Positions 1 through 14,204 of a DNA stretch of 64,000 bases are shown one piece after another. The stretch lies in contig OX597819.1 of NCBI GenBank assembly GCA_951406725.2, positions 13,206,001 through 13,270,000 on the forward strand, in the 5' to 3' direction. Each line of letters starts with the position of its first letter. The stretch's first letter is position 1. The stretch is from Octopus vulgaris. Its lineage: Eukaryota. Position numbers and translations under genes: made by a program. The notes under the pieces were generated by a model, which ran no database searches, was not told the DNA's origin, and saw only the letters and a program-made list of their open reading frames with translations.

Positions 1-745
1 GAGATTTGAAATATCATTTAATTTAAAAGTCAGTGTTTGTTTTGTGATTATTTAGTGTCTAATATGGGCGCAGGAGTGGCTGTGTGGTAAGTAGCTTGTT
101 TACCAACCATATGGTTCTGGGTTCAGTCCAACTGCGTGGCCATCATCATCAACACCATCATAGACACAGCAAATAAAGGTTCTTACTGTATTTGTGCATT
201 TAGAGATTTGAAATATCATTTAATTTAAAAGTCAGTGTTTGTTTTGTGATTATTTAGTGTCTAATATGGGCGCAGGAGTGGCTGTGTGGTAAGTAGCTTG
301 TTTACCAATCATATGGTTCTGGGTTCAGTCCAACTGCGTGGCCATCATCATCAACACCATCATAGACACAGCAAATAAAGGTTCTTACTGTATTTGTGCA
401 TTTAGAGATTTGAAATATCATCTAATTTAAAAGTCAGTGTTTGTTTTGTGATTATTTAGTGTCTAATATGGGCGCAGGAGTGGCTGTGTGGTAAGTAGCT
501 TGTTTACCAACCTTATGGTTCCGGGTTCAGTCCAACTGCGTGGCCATCATCATCAACACCATCATAGACACAGCAAATAAAGGTTCTTACTGTATTTGTG
601 CATTTAGAGATTTGAAATATCATCTAATTTAAAAGTCAGTGTTTGTTTTGTGATTATTTAGTGTCTAATATGGGCACAGGAGTGGCTGTGTGGTAAGTAG
701 CTTGTTTACCAACCATATGGTTCCGGGTTCAGTCCAACTGCGTGG
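1..745. repeat. 202-bp tandem array (about 3.7 copies), each unit containing a SINE 5' head
   Basis: unit starts gagatttgaa at 1, 203, 405, 607; near-identical copies. Confidence 0.95.
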
Positions 746-837
746 CACCTTGGGTAAGTGTCTTCTACTATAACCTCGGGCCAACCAAAGCCTTGTGAGT
801 GGATTTGGTAGGCGGAAACTGAAAGAAGCCTGTCGTA

Positions 838-885
<48 letters not shown>

Positions 886-1463
886 TGTGTGTTTGTGTGT
901 CTGTTTGTCCCCTTAGCATTGCTTGACAACCGATGCTGGTCTGTTTATGTCCCCGTCACTTAGCGGTTCGGCAAAAGAGACCGATAGAATAAGTACTGGG
1001 CTTACAAAAGAATAAGTCCCAGGGTCGAGTTGCTCGATTAAAGGCGGTGCTCCAGCATGGCCGCAGTCAAATAACTGAAACAAGTAAAAGAGTAAAAGAG
1101 AGTGGCTGTGTGGTAAGTAGCTTGCTTACTAACCACATGGTCACATGGTTCTGGGTTCAGTCCCACTGCGTGGTACTTTGGGCAAGTGTCTTCTACTATA
1201 GGCTTGGGCTGACCAAAGCCTTGTGAGTGGATTTGGTAGACGGAAACTGGAAGAAGCCCATCGTATATATATATGTTTGTTTGTCTGTGTTTGTACCCCC
1301 ACCCTCGCTTGACAACCGATGTTGGTGTGTTTACATCCTCATCACTTAGTGGAGACTGATAGAATAAGTAGAAGGCTTACAAAGAATAAATCCTGGGGTA
1401 AATTTGTTCAACTAAAGGCGATGCTCCAGCATGGACGCAGTCAAATGGCTGAAACAAATAAAA
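672..1463 (+). mobile_element. Two tandem tRNA-derived SINEs, family 1 (internal (TA)n/(TG)n, tail ...gaaacaagtaaaaga)
   Basis: A/B-box-like head tggctgtgtggt...gggttcagtccc. Other copies at about 2285-2683(-), 6772-7248(+), 12946-13330(+), 22478-22830(+), 25581-25985(-), 44455-44850(-), 57830-58294(-), 59158-59610(+), 63302-63710(+). Confidence 0.9.
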
Positions 1464-1860
1464 TATATATTTAGTGTTTTAAACAATATATAATAAAGCA
1501 CCTTTGCCAGTGTGACACAAATGATCCACCCATGCCAGTGCCACGTAAAATGTACCTATGTTGGCACCACGTAAGAGCACCTAGTGTTATCCCCATGGCT
1601 ATAGGTTTTGACATTCAGTTTTCCAATTCACAAAGTCCACAACAAGTCTGGGTAATGGCTACTCTATACATATCTTATTCAATAAACAAAAAAATTATAA
1701 TAATTGAGGAAAGTTTGATTAAATTGGGACCTAATGGAGAGTTTCTGGATACCTCGACTTACTTTTTCCCAATAAAAACCCAAAAGAATATCCTATTTTG
1801 GTTCTGTATGGATTAAAAATACATGAAATCTACAAATGAGGCACTGCACCATCTTTTGTG

Positions 1861-2088
1861 TTAACCCTTTAGTATTCAGATTATTCTACCAAATGTGATG
1901 CTTGTTTATTCATATTGCATTGAATTAATCATGCATTCTCTCATAGCTGTGAGATTTCTGCGATGTGACTCTTTACTTTGGGAATAATATTGTAGGATAG
2001 GGTAAGAGGCTGGATCTGAGTGGTTTTGAACAAAAAGGAGGTAAAATATTTAGGCCGGATATGGCCGGTTTGAATGCTAAAGGGTTAA
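1861..2088. mobile_element. piggyBac-type MITE (TTAA-CCCTTT...AAAGGG-TTAA)
   Basis: TTAA flanks and CCC/GGG TIR ends; related copies at 7443-7671, 18583-18810, 31905-32131, 39029-39243, 62034-62260. Confidence 0.8.
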
Positions 2089-2486
2089 ACCACTTGACTT
2101 CCTCTGTTCTGTTTTCCTAGCAACATGTTAACCAATGAGACTAAATGTCCATAAATTCTTCTTTCTTTGCAAAAAAGATTGAAGAGTCTCATTGCTAGCA
2201 TATTGTATATTCTAGGGGCAATAATGAAGGTTTTGTCTTCATGTACTGCATCGTGGGCACAATCAGTTTAGCATAAATTAAATTATTCTTTTATTTGTTT
2301 CAGTCATTTGATTGTGGCCATGCTGGAGCATCGCCTTTAGTTGAGCAAATCGACCCCAGGACTTATTCTTTGTAAACCTAGTACTTATTCTATCACTCTC
2401 TCTTACCGACCTGCTAAGTAACAGGGATATAAACACACCAGCATCAGTTGTTAAGCAAAATTTGGGGGGACAAACACAGACACAGA

Positions 2487-2518
<32 letters not shown>

Positions 2519-3780
2519 CGATGGGCTTCTTTCAGTTTCCGTTTACCAAATCCACTCACAAGGCTTTGGTTGGCCCAAGGCTATAGTAGTAAGACACTTG
2601 CCCAAAGTGTCACACAGTGGGACTGAACCCAGAACCATGTGGTTGGTAAGCAAGCTACTTACCACACAGCCACTCCTGCACCTACCACAAATGAAATTGA
2701 ACTCGGAATTTCAAGTTACCAAAACTCCCATCAGTTTTATAGTGTTGTGTTTCTATTCCTGCTGAGCCATTTTAAAGGATGGATTCAATGTAATGCAAAG
2801 GGTCAAGATTCAAACTTCATCTTCTTTGATTGATTGTCTCCCATACTGACTTGGTCATTTGTGATTTTATTGAAAAATTCACTTTTTGGTTTCAGTTATT
2901 GAACTGTGATCATTGCCTGCAATTGTATCAGTCAATCATATCACCCTCATTACTCTTAACCCAGATCAAACACAATCCATTAAATACCACTAGTTTTATT
3001 TTAAGTTCCAGGCACTGATTTATCAGCCATCTCTTTCTACAACATTTGTTTACCAAATTCCCTTCACAAAGCATTAGTAAACCCAATTCTATGCTATATG
3101 AGCTTTATTAAGATGCCATATGGTATGATTGAACCCAGAACTCCATGGTTACACTATATCTTCACCACATGGCTGTTTGATTATGCTCATATTTAGTTTG
3201 TAAAATCAATGGTTAAAGTTTACAAGTAAATAAATTTTTTGTATCCAAATTATCAGTGCTGTCCTTCCATACTCTTGTCTCCATTAAAAAATTACGGACT
3301 TGAAAAATATTCTGATAGAGACACCATTCTAATGGCCAACAGTAAGGAACTGTTTTCAGAACACAAGGAATGCTTCTTCGGGGAAGATGTTTTCTTCTTC
3401 TAATTGATTGATCCTTAACTGACAGTGGCATCTCTCAAGAATTCTGATTTTACTTAACAGAGAATCATTTGTTTCCAAAGAGAACAACATACTCTAACAG
3501 AAAGCTGATTACTTCACTGCCTCTGCTTTTGCTGCTGTTATTACTATTTCGCTTGTCACTGCTATCATTGCTACAAATACCTTATTATTCATTAAATAGT
3601 CTTGAATCTCTGACAAACATGCCAGGAAAATTAACAACCAAATTCCAATGAAACCAGCTCAATTTTCAGTCTTGTCATTTTTAGGTTAAAGAAAGATTGG
3701 ATCCCTTTAACTGTATTTGTCGGAGGAAATACTTTGTTTTCCCATATTATGGGTAGGAAGTTTTGTAAATATGAATTTAA

Positions 3781-4153
3781 CATTATTTACATTTGATAGA
3801 TATCTGTCCTCATCTTGTTTGTTGTTAACACGTTTCAGCCTTCTTCAGGGGAAATTTTGAACCTGGGTTCTCATTCCTAAGGTATTTTTCGATATTATTA
3901 TTATCATTCAGGTCACTGCCTGGAATCAAACTCAGAATCTTGGGGTTAGTAGCTCACGCTCTTAACCACTACGCCATATGCCTGTGGGCAATTATGGAGT
4001 GAATTTTAGGGCTTATAAATCTAATATTTTCCTATCCTTCTGTAATACCAGTTCCCATATGCTACTCATATCTGCATTAGGTCTGCTTAGGAGGTTATTA
4101 TGTCCTAGCATATATGCTGCTTCTTTTCCAGGCAGTGACCTGAATAATAATAT

Positions 4154-4184
<31 letters not shown>

Positions 4185-4357
4185 CGAAAAAGGAATGAGA
4201 ACCCAGGTTTGAAATTTCCCCCAGGACATTTGAAGAAGGCCGGAGAGTATATCAGCTGAAATGTTGTGTCAACAACAAACAAGATGAGGACAAATATCCA
4301 TCAAATATAAATAACGTACATAATTTACCTAATTCCTCATCTCTCAAATATAGAACT
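3781..4357. mobile_element. Inverted pair of the tRNA-head/hammerhead element (decayed copy)
   Basis: 3781-3990 is reverse-complementary to 4128-4357; same family as 17464-17940. Confidence 0.85.
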
Positions 4358-5254
4358 ATAAATTTAACAATATTAAAAAAGTAGAGTAAATGGCAGCATT
4401 TGTAGAGCAACTGATACAGTGATTAGCAACCTGTGTAGAGTTCCAGGTGTGTTGATTAACAACTGTTGTAGAGTGCCAGATGTAGTGAATGACAGTATCT
4501 GCAGAACTCCAGGTGTGTTTGTTGCTGACATCTGTAGAGCATCTGGTGTATGGGAGTATTTGTGGAATACCATGTAACAAAAAGCAACAAAACATTATAA
4601 GATTTAGTTGCATTCTTTTAGACTCTGAATTCAGATTCTCTTTGTTTAGGCAAGGGTTGATTGTCATAGCATCTTCAACAGTGGTGGTGTTGTACCAACA
4701 TAAGAAACTAACTGACACCAACCACTGTAAAGTGGTGGGCATTAGGAAGGTCATCCAGCCAAGGAAGCCTTGCCATAACAGACAATGGGAACCCGGTGTA
4801 GCCCTCCAGCTTCCCAGCTTCTTTCAAACTGTCCAACCCATACCAGCATGGAAAATCGACATTAAATTATGATGATAAGAATAAGTCATGTGACGAATTC
4901 CACAGTGCAAATATTTCCAGAGCCAAGTTTGATTCCTGGTTGAAAGAATTTCCCTTCTCTTGTTTCACTGTTAAAGCTCTTGAGAAATGCATGAACGTCA
5001 TGCCATCTTGTCAACCCTCTCTTATGTAAGAAACCATTAGAAAAAATGGTGGGATATTTCCTATTATTTTGAGACTAGCAAACAGTTGCCACCTTCTTAT
5101 CTGATTCCCACAAAAACACTTGGACCCCACGTTTAGCTTCTCCTCTTAGAATAATCTCAACTGTGATGCCTATGGAAGAAGATGAATTCTGTTTTTTTGT
5201 AGGAGGACGAAGAGGAGGTGATGCAATCAGTTTGACTGAATTCAGTATATACCT

Positions 5255-5485
5255 ATTTCTTTATTACCCACAAGGGGCTAAACACAGAGGGGACAAACAA
5301 GGACAGACATAGGTATTGAGTCGATTACATCGACCCCACTGCGTAACTCGTACTTAATTTATCGACCCCGAAAGGATGAAAGGCAAAGTCGACCTCGGCG
5401 GATATTGAACTCACAATGTAACGCAGACGAAATACCGCTAAGCATTTCGCCCGGCGTGCTAACGTTTCTGCCAGCTCGCTGCCTT
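5255..5485 (-). mobile_element. tRNA-derived SINE family 2 (core gcctttcatcctttcggggtcgataaa, Meta/MESC-like) with 15-bp TSD
   Basis: TSD attcagtatatacct at 5240-5254 and 5486-5500. Other copies at about 8211-8437(-), 8745-8975(-), 9774-10193(+), 13335-13525(+), 14385-14545(+), 20458-20660(-), 24455-24683(+), 29161-29391(+), 31342-31555(+), 36727-36966(-), 48760-49070(-), 54090-54275(-), 56835-57066(-). Confidence 0.92.
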
Positions 5486-7869
5486 ATTCAGTATATACCT
5501 GTTAATTGTTTTACTGATTGGAGACATGAAGTCAGTTAATTCATAGGGTTTTGATTTCGGTAGAGAGAGACACTTGAGACATGGACATTTGAAAATATCG
5601 GGTTTGCTCTCTACAGATCACAATGCTCTCTTCATGACTCTAAATAATGAAGTTTCTAGTTTATATCACTGGAGAATATTATGTCATAACTTTTAGATTA
5701 TTTTTATGATTTGTAAATGAAATGGTTCCAGTAGAGAATTGAAAATGGTCCATGGCCTTTGTCTGCCTAGAAATTACTCCATCCTGACATTCATACAACA
5801 ATAATTTAGAAAATCTCTTTTGCTCCATGAACACAGAACAACATTTCAAGCTAGATAGACTCTTTCGTGATAGAGGGGCACTGACTGTATAAACAAACAC
5901 ATGCATTCATTATAGAGATATCAGGAAATAACAGGCTTTCAAAATATAAATCATGGCTGTGTGGTTAGGGAGCTTGCTTCCTAGCTACATGGTTTCGGGT
6001 TCAGTCCCACTGCGTGGCACTTTGGGTAGGTGTCTTCCACTATAGCCCCAAGCCGACTGGAGCTTTGTGATTGAATTCGGTAGGTGGAAGTTACTGCCGT
6101 GTGTGTATGTGTGCGTATAGCTGCTCAGTGCCTCTCCGAAAGAGAGAGAGGGATTTATTTGAAGCACAATAGTATAAACAAACACACACACACACACTTT
6201 TGCCACCATACAAGCACAAAGGTTTTCCTTGGGTATTACATTCTACCCCACATACCCAGCAACTATCGCACAACTTCCTGGCAAACAATCCCTACCCCAT
6301 CACCCCGATACTTTCCTTGGGCTGCTAATTACCTTCCCCATACATTCACACAGCAATGAAGAAAGCCAAAACCGCTTTTACAAACTTCAAGGAAACTGAA
6401 TGGAATAAGTTACATCAGGGGAAAAGACTCAAGGCGTTTGAGGGTGGACAGCACATCAATCATTAGCAGGGTAGATGTGGCAGCTCGTAGAGTCAATGGA
6501 ATAATTATAGACACATCTAGTAGATGTCTTCTGCACAGGTAACATGAAGTAATACAATGACACTTCAGAAATAGAGAAGCTTATGGAAGCCAATGACAAC
6601 CTCAAACACAATCCACTGAAACCACACACAACTGAAATAATAAAACTCAAAGTCCACCAGTGGAACAAGGAAATAGCAAAAAATAACAAAAATAAGGGAC
6701 AGAAAAATATGTAACTAGCAAACATTTGTATGTAAGGTGAATAACAAAAGAAAACAAAAAAAAAACAGCAGCAGGAGTGGCTGTGTGGTAAGTAGCTTGC
6801 TAACCAACCACATGGTCGCGGGTTCAGTCCCACTGCGTGGCATCTTGGGCAAGTGTCTTCTGCTATAGCCCCGGGCTTGCTAACCAACCACATGGTCGCG
6901 GGTTCAGTCCCACTGCGTGGCATCTTGGGCAAGTGTCTTCTGCTATAGCCCCGGGCCGACCAATGCCTTGTGAGTAGATTTGGTAGACGGAAACTGAAAG
7001 AAGCCTGTCGTATATATGTATATATATATGTGTGTGTGTTTGTGTGTCTGTTTTTGTCCCCCTAGCATTGCTTGACAACCGATGCTGGTGTGTTTACGTC
7101 CCTGTCACTTAGCGGTTCGGCAAAAGAGACCGATAGAATAAGTACTGGGCTTACAAAGAATAAGTCCCGGGGTTGATTTGATCGACTAAAGGCGGTGCTC
7201 CAGCATGGCCACAGTCAAATGACTGAAACAAGTAAAAGAGTAAAAGAGCAGCAGCAACGACAATAATTTGTCTCAACAACTACAACCTCAACATCAAACA
7301 AATATTTCTTGAGAAATCGGCCACCAAAATGAATAAATAAAACAAGAACAGGAATGCAATTCTGCTTTTTTCCACCTGAACATCTAGTTTTAACCTCTTC
7401 TTTTCATTGGCTCAATAAAAAGCAATATGGAAATTTAAAACTTTAACCCTTTAGCATTCAGATTACTCCGTTAAATATAATTCTTATTTATTCATATTGT
7501 TTTGAATTAATCATGCATTATGTTGTAGCTTTTGAGATTTCGATGGTGTGTTTGTTTAGCTTTAGAATGACTTTGTTGGATAGGTGTAAGAGGCTGAATC
7601 TTGCCAGTTTGAACATAAAACAGTTGGAATATTCAAGCTGGATATGGCCGGTTTAAACATTAAAGGGTTAAAAGCCCCAGAACAGAAAAAAATTACAAAC
7701 ATCTCCATAAAAACCTGCTGCCTGAATGGATCCTTGCATTCCCCAACATATATAACTATTCATACTGTCATAAAGATCTCTCACTTTCCTATGAACAACC
7801 ATCAAAAATTCAAGAAATACTGATCCTTGGCATGATTTACCTACATCTACTCTTATCTAAATTACAACA

Positions 7870-8170
7870 CAGTTCTCTCTGTGCCACGAGGCACATAAGG
7901 CTGCAACATGATCTCTCCAACCAGCTCGTTTTCTTCCACTGTTCTGGTCTCATTTCAGCTTCTCCGCTCTTCTCATCTCTTTTCCTTGTCAATGATCCTT
8001 CGTCCTTCGTCATGTGGTTTTAAGGCACCATGCTGCTCTTTTCTTCCCAGGATTCCACTTTAGTATCACCATACTTTCTTGATCTTGTCTGAGGACGTAT
8101 CCAATCCAGTTCCAGTATCAGCATCTTATTTTAGCACTGGTCCTGTTGATGCCTGTTGTGGTCTCAATTG
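7870..8170 (-). mobile_element. RTE-clade LINE ORF2 C-terminal remnant
   Basis: minus-strand translation WNWIGYVLRQ...LKWNPGKKR...WRDHVAALCA, with stops and frameshifts. Confidence 0.7.
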
Positions 8171-10490
8171 ACGATACAGTCAAACTTCTAAATATATTGT
8201 ACCAAATATATATTTCTTTACTACCCACGAGGGGCTAAACATAGAGGGGACAAACAAGGACAGACAAAGGGATTAAGTCGATTACATCGACCCCAGTGCG
8301 AAACTGGTACTTTATTTATCGACCCCCGAAAGGACGAAAGGCAAAGTCTACCTCGGCGGAATTTGAACTCAGAACGTAACTTCTGACAAAATACCGCTAA
8401 GCATTTCGCCCGGCGTTCTAACGGTTCTGCCAGCTCGTTTAACAATTCGTTTCTGTGGCCAGTCGTATATATAGCATAGTGATAATGGTAAATAAATCAG
8501 TTACACCATGCATGGAAACATATACCTTGCTTGGAAACAGGTGAGGAATGGTAAAAAGAAAGGCATCCAGCTATAGAAAATTTGGTCCAAATGACTCTGA
8601 TTAAACCCATTCAAGCCTGGAAAAGTAGATATTAAAACAATGATGTATATGTTTATATAAGTACAATATGTCTACTTTAGTGTGTCCCAATTATATGTGT
8701 CTATTAGTTCTGTAGTTTCTTGAAGCATGCTGTTATTATTTTTTATTTCTTTATTGCCCACAAGGGGCTAAACATAGAGGGGTCAAACAAGGACAGACAA
8801 GGGGATTATGTCGATTATATCGACACCAGTGCGTAACTGGTACTTAATTTATCAACCCCGAAAGGATGAAAGGCAAAGTCGACCTTGGCGGAATTTGAAC
8901 TCAGAACGTGAAGACAGACGAAATACTGCTAAGCATTTTGCCCGGATTGCTAACGTTTCTGCCAGCTCGCCGCCTTTGTTTTACTATATTCTTGGGTAAA
9001 TGAAAACTGTGTAGAAGCCCATCAAGCTTGAGAATTGCATCAAGGACTCACTAATGTATTTAACATGGAGGTTGTTTAAGATTTAGGAATAGAAAGAGGA
9101 AAAAAAATTGAATGGTCATCATTTGCTGAGAGATAAAAGTACAAAAACATCCGTCCATCTTGCCACTAAACCAGTTTTAACTTTTATTCAGTCTCATTTC
9201 AGTCATTCAGTTATCAGCCATCTTACATAGCCTCCTGCCTACCCACCAACCCCGAGCCTCCCGCCTACCCACCCAGTCCCATGCCCTCCTCTCACTGCTC
9301 CATTTAGGCATTTTCCTTTGAACTATAAACATTCCCTTTTATTATGTCATGTCACCAAACTTGGTCTTTTAGTATCTGCTTCCTGTTCCACCCTAAGCAG
9401 TGGTCAGAGGTCAACAGGCTTTTTTAACTCAACCCTTCTCCACTGTATACATATCAACATACATAAACACACACATCAATCCACCACATACACTGTTTGC
9501 ATTAAACTACTCCACATCTCATAAACCATACACTTCCTCTCTTTAAGCCAATTTTTATTTCACTGTTTACATGTTGGTTAATTGAAGAATTTGCTGCTAA
9601 ATCTAAATACAGCCTTAAAAAACTATGAGGCTTTCCTTACAATAACCTACTTTTAATTATTTACCAGAGAAACCTGTAAAACTGAAATGGTTTTTCTTGA
9701 AATTCTAATGATTTAATCACAGATTTTTACATTCCTTTTGACTATTTTTTTGTTTTAATATTTACCCTGACTTGAAGGCGGTGAGCTGGCAGAATTGTTA
9801 GCACACTGGGCGAAATGCTTAGCGGTATTTCGTCTGCCGCTACGTTTTGAGTTCAAATTCCACCGAGGTCGACTTTGCTTTCATCCTTTCGAGGTCGATT
9901 AAATAAGTGCCAGTTATGCACTGGGGTCGATATAATCGACTTAATCCATTTGTTCTTGTTTGTCCCCTCTCTGTGTAGCCCCTTGTGGGTAGTAAAGAAA
10001 TAAGAAACCAGTATCACACATGTCTTTATATTCTGAGTTCAAATTTTGCTGAGGTTGACTTTGTCTTTCATCCATTTGGGGTCGATAAATTAAGTACCAG
10101 TTACACACTAGGGTCGATGTAATCGACTTAATCCCTTTGTCTATCCTTGTTTGTCCCCTCTAAGTTTAGCCCCTTGTGGGCAATAAAGAAATAAAAAATA
10201 ATAACAGCATGCTTCAAGAAACTACAGAACTAATGCCAACATGGAAAGCAGATGTTAAACAATGATGATGATATATATACATACGATGGGTTTCATTCAG
10301 TTTCCATCTTCCAAATCCACTCACAAGGTTTTGGTTGGCCTGAGGCTATAGTAGAAGGCCCTTGCCTATGGTACCATGCAGTAGAACTGAACCCAGAACA
10401 ATGTGGTTGGGAAGCAAGCTTCTTATCACATAGCCATGCCTGTGCCTGGTGATATGCTTTCAGACAACCACTTAATTAAACTCCTACACT

Positions 10491-10883
10491 GGATGGATGG
10501 AAGCACTCTGTCGGTTACGATGACGAGGGTTCCGGTTGATCCGAATCAACGGAACAACCTGCTCGTGAAATTAACGCGTAAGTGGCTGAGCACTCCACAG
10601 ACACGTGTACCCTTAATGTAGTTCTCGGGGATATTCAGCGTGACACAGAGAGTGACAAGGCCGGCCCTTTGAAATACAGGTACAACAAAAACAGGAAGTA
10701 AGAGTGAGAGAAAGTTGTGGTGAAAGAGTACAGCAGGGATCACCACCATCCCCTGCCGGAGCCTCATGGAGCTTTAGGTGTTTTCGCTCAATAAACACTC
10801 AAAACGCTCGGTATGGGAATCGAAACCGCGATCTTATGACCGTGAGTCCGCTGCCCTAACCACTGGGCCATTGCGCCTCCACA
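10491..10883 (-). mobile_element. tRNA(Arg)-like SINE family 3 with 14-bp TSD
   Basis: TSD taaactcctacact at 10477-10490 and 10884-10897; head ggaggcgcaatggcccagtggttagggcagcggactc. Confidence 0.9.
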
Positions 10884-11189
10884 TAAACTCCTACACTATA
10901 TTGCTGGTGAAGAACAAAAGTTATCAACTAACTCTTGAAGGAATCTATTTCTGCATATTCTACTGCACTCTCTTTGTACTTCTATAGTTTTATACTAAGT
11001 ACACTCTGTAGAAAGATTTGGTTGATGGGGTTGGGTTAAATGCAAGATGTCTGAATTTCAAAGAATGGAAAAAATTAGATATTGAAATCTTGAAGGATTA
11101 AAAACTCAGAACAGCAAATGTTTGGAAAACCAATGACTCAGAATGATGAGTATTTAATTATTTTAGAGAAAAGTACTGAGAAAAACAAG

Positions 11190-11435
11190 GAACGTAAAAA
11201 GCACCATCCAAACATGGTCAATGCCAGTGCCCCAATGACTGGCTCCTGTGCTGGCAGCAAGTAAAAAGCACCATCCGAACATGGTTGATGCCAGTGCCCT
11301 CTCCCTCACCTGACTGGCTCCTGTGTTGGTAGCACGTAAAAAGCACCATCCAAACATGGTCAATGCCAGTGCCCCAATGACTGGCTCCTGTGCTGGCAGC
11401 AAGTAAAAAGCACCATCTGAACATGGTCAATGCCA
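11190..11435 (+). repeat. Tandem 60-70-bp repeats from retroposon family 4 (gtaaaaagcaccatcc...)
   Basis: four iterations; the same unit is repeated at 35798-35990 and 62910-63100. Confidence 0.8.
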
Positions 11436-13056
11436 AATGCCAAGCATTGGAGCATGATGCGGTCTCTGAACCAAAACTCATTCTTTGAAACTGTCTTACC
11501 TATCTCAGTATGGAACATACCTGTATATGTTAAATGAAGAAGAGGATATAGTCAATTTAATTAATCTAATTAGTAGTTGGAATTTTAGCTTAAGGTTTGA
11601 TTGTTATCATTATTTAGTACTCATTGACCTCAGGTCAAGTCCTGCCACTGTTTACTTTCATTGGACTAAGACCAACTAGCCAATCTGGCAACGTCTCGGC
11701 CATCTTCACTATTTCAATAGATTTAATGTTTTAGAATACTTTCAAACTTGACAAAGTCACAGACAAATTTGGAGCAATTTACATGGCCCCAGTTTTTCTT
11801 GATTGGGACTTATTTTTCAAAACCCCAGAAGAATGAAACTCAAAGTCAACCCTGACAGGGTTTGAACTCTACACATAAAAGGGTCTTAGTAAATATTGCA
11901 AGACTTTATTCATTCTACCTAATTAAGACAATTAATTAAACCCACTACCGTCTTAAGATAATTAATATCAGACAGAACACAAAGGTGGTGAGATGGCAGA
12001 ATCGTTAACACACCTGACAAAATTCTTAGTGACATTTCATCTGTCTTTACATTCTGAGCCCAAATTCTGCTGAGGTTGACGATGCCTTTCATCCTTGATA
12101 GAATAAGTACCAGTTGATCACTGGGGGTTAATGTAACCAACTTAACGCCTCCCACGAAATTGCTGGCCTTGTGCCAAAATTTGAAATCAACATTCGATAG
12201 AACACTATTTAATTTTTCACTTTGCTCTAATTCTACTTTACCCCACTCCCCAATCTTTACTTCATCCTCACTCAGTTCTCCATTTTTTTATATATTTAAA
12301 TTCCTTCTCGTTCGTATCTTTCCTTTATTCTTATTCCTCTCTTTCTCACCATTTTCTTTCTCTTTTTTGTTTTCTTATCCATTTCTCTCCTCCTCCTCTT
12401 TCACATTCCTTATTCCCCCCATCCCCTCTCTATCAGCATGTGATTCTCCTTTCCGTATCATTAAAAAACAACAACAACATCTTTGTTAAATAAATGTTTA
12501 AATAAGGAGACTGTCTTCATGTTTTCTGTACAACATAATTACATAATTATGGTGACAAGTGTGTGTTAATTAGTATGATTTGATATCAGCCATCCTACAA
12601 TTGGCTGGTGTCGTCGATTAATGCCGTAGTCTGTTATGACAGCCAAGTAATAAACTATTGAAGTGTAGACTGAAGTATCCACTCCAAGACTTAAATACTT
12701 TTGTTGTCAGTTGTCATCTTCCACACCACCCAACACCATTGGCACAATGCAGGAGCTCCTATCTGCTAGAAATATCAGCCAAATCTCCCTCCAGTCATAT
12801 CCTGTTGTTTTTTTCAATATAAGTATACACCAGATAATATAACCAAGATAAATAAGTTTCTGCTTTTGATGGTTTACAAAATTTTCAAAGTTGAATATCA
12901 ACAAAAATGAGTGGAAATACAAAAATTGTTAGCTGGCAGAAACAGTGGGTTCAGTCCCACTGCGTGGCATCTTGGGCAAGTGTCTTCTGCTATAGCCCCG
13001 GGCCGACCAATGCCTTGTGAGTGGATTTGGTAGACGGAAACTGAAGGAAGCCTGTC

Positions 13057-13118
<62 letters not shown>

Positions 13119-14125
13119 TTCTGTGTCTGTGTTTGTCCCCCCTAGCATTGCTTGACAACCGATGCTGGTGTGTTTATGTCCCCGTCACTTAGCGGTTTGG
13201 CAAAAAGAGACCAATAGAATAAGTACTGGGCTTACAAAGAATAAGTCCCGGGGTCAATTTGCTCGACTAAAGGCGGTGCTCCAACATGGCCGCAGTCGAA
13301 ATGACTGAAACAAGTAAAAGAGTAAAAGAGAGAGAATTAGCATGCCAGGCAAAATGCTCAGGGGTATTTCATCTGTCTTTACGTTCTGAGTTCAAATTCT
13401 GCCGAGGTCGACTTTCCCTTTCATCCTTTTGAGGTCGATAAATTAAGCACCAGTTGCATACTGGGGTCGATCTAATCGACTGGCCCCCTCCCCCAAAATT
13501 TTGGACCCTGAGCCTAGAGTAGAAAAAAAATTATGTAAAATTTTGATGACTTTAATTTTGAAAAATTTTGTAAAAATATTTAGACTTCAATGATTTCTCA
13601 AACTTGAGATAATGAAAGAAGGAATATCTTTGAATCATAAATTGGCTCATTCAGAGTTGATCTGGGCATAAACAAGAAAACCAGAGTCAGTTATGGAATT
13701 GGTTTTTCTGTCGGTTGGCCATGTTTGTTGAATGACATTGGTATCAAGTTATATTTGTCAAATATTGTTTCTGTTCTCTGTTGTCTGGGCAGTTCTAAAG
13801 TTTGTGTTTAGTTATTATCTACACCCTCCTTTATGGCAGATTTCAAGTTCCTACTATCTTTCTGTAGTGTGGAGTGTTATAAAACTTCTCAGCAGCGAAA
13901 TACTCTTGAGTTGGTTAGGACTATCATATTCAGAGGTTAAGTCATTAAATATTTGGGTACCACTAATACACCCTGTCTCTTGCAAATTCATCTCTTCATG
14001 ATCCAGTCTAGTTGTAAATTAGTTGTTGTTGCTGTTTAATCTCAAATCAGATCTGATGATGCAGATCTATGATGAAAAGCATTCCACCTAAGCCTATTGG
14101 GTTTGTGTGTATGTGTGCATGCATG

Positions 14126-14159
<34 letters not shown>

Positions 14160-14204
14160 TGGAACTCTCTTGTACAATGTGTTTTTCCATTTTCAAGAAA
14201 GTAC

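Noticed and set aside
665-919. Recurrent ORFs containing YIYIYI/HTHT (also 2448, 12898, 25616, 44272, 58011, 59228)
   Set aside because: Chance translations of SINE family 1 and its internal microsatellite.
6795-6954. 80-bp tandem duplication inside a SINE
   Set aside because: Real but an ordinary local duplication; no sign of function.
11190-11435. CRISPR-like regular repeats
   Set aside because: No unique spacers, no cas genes, eukaryotic context; these are internal tandem units of retroposon family 4.
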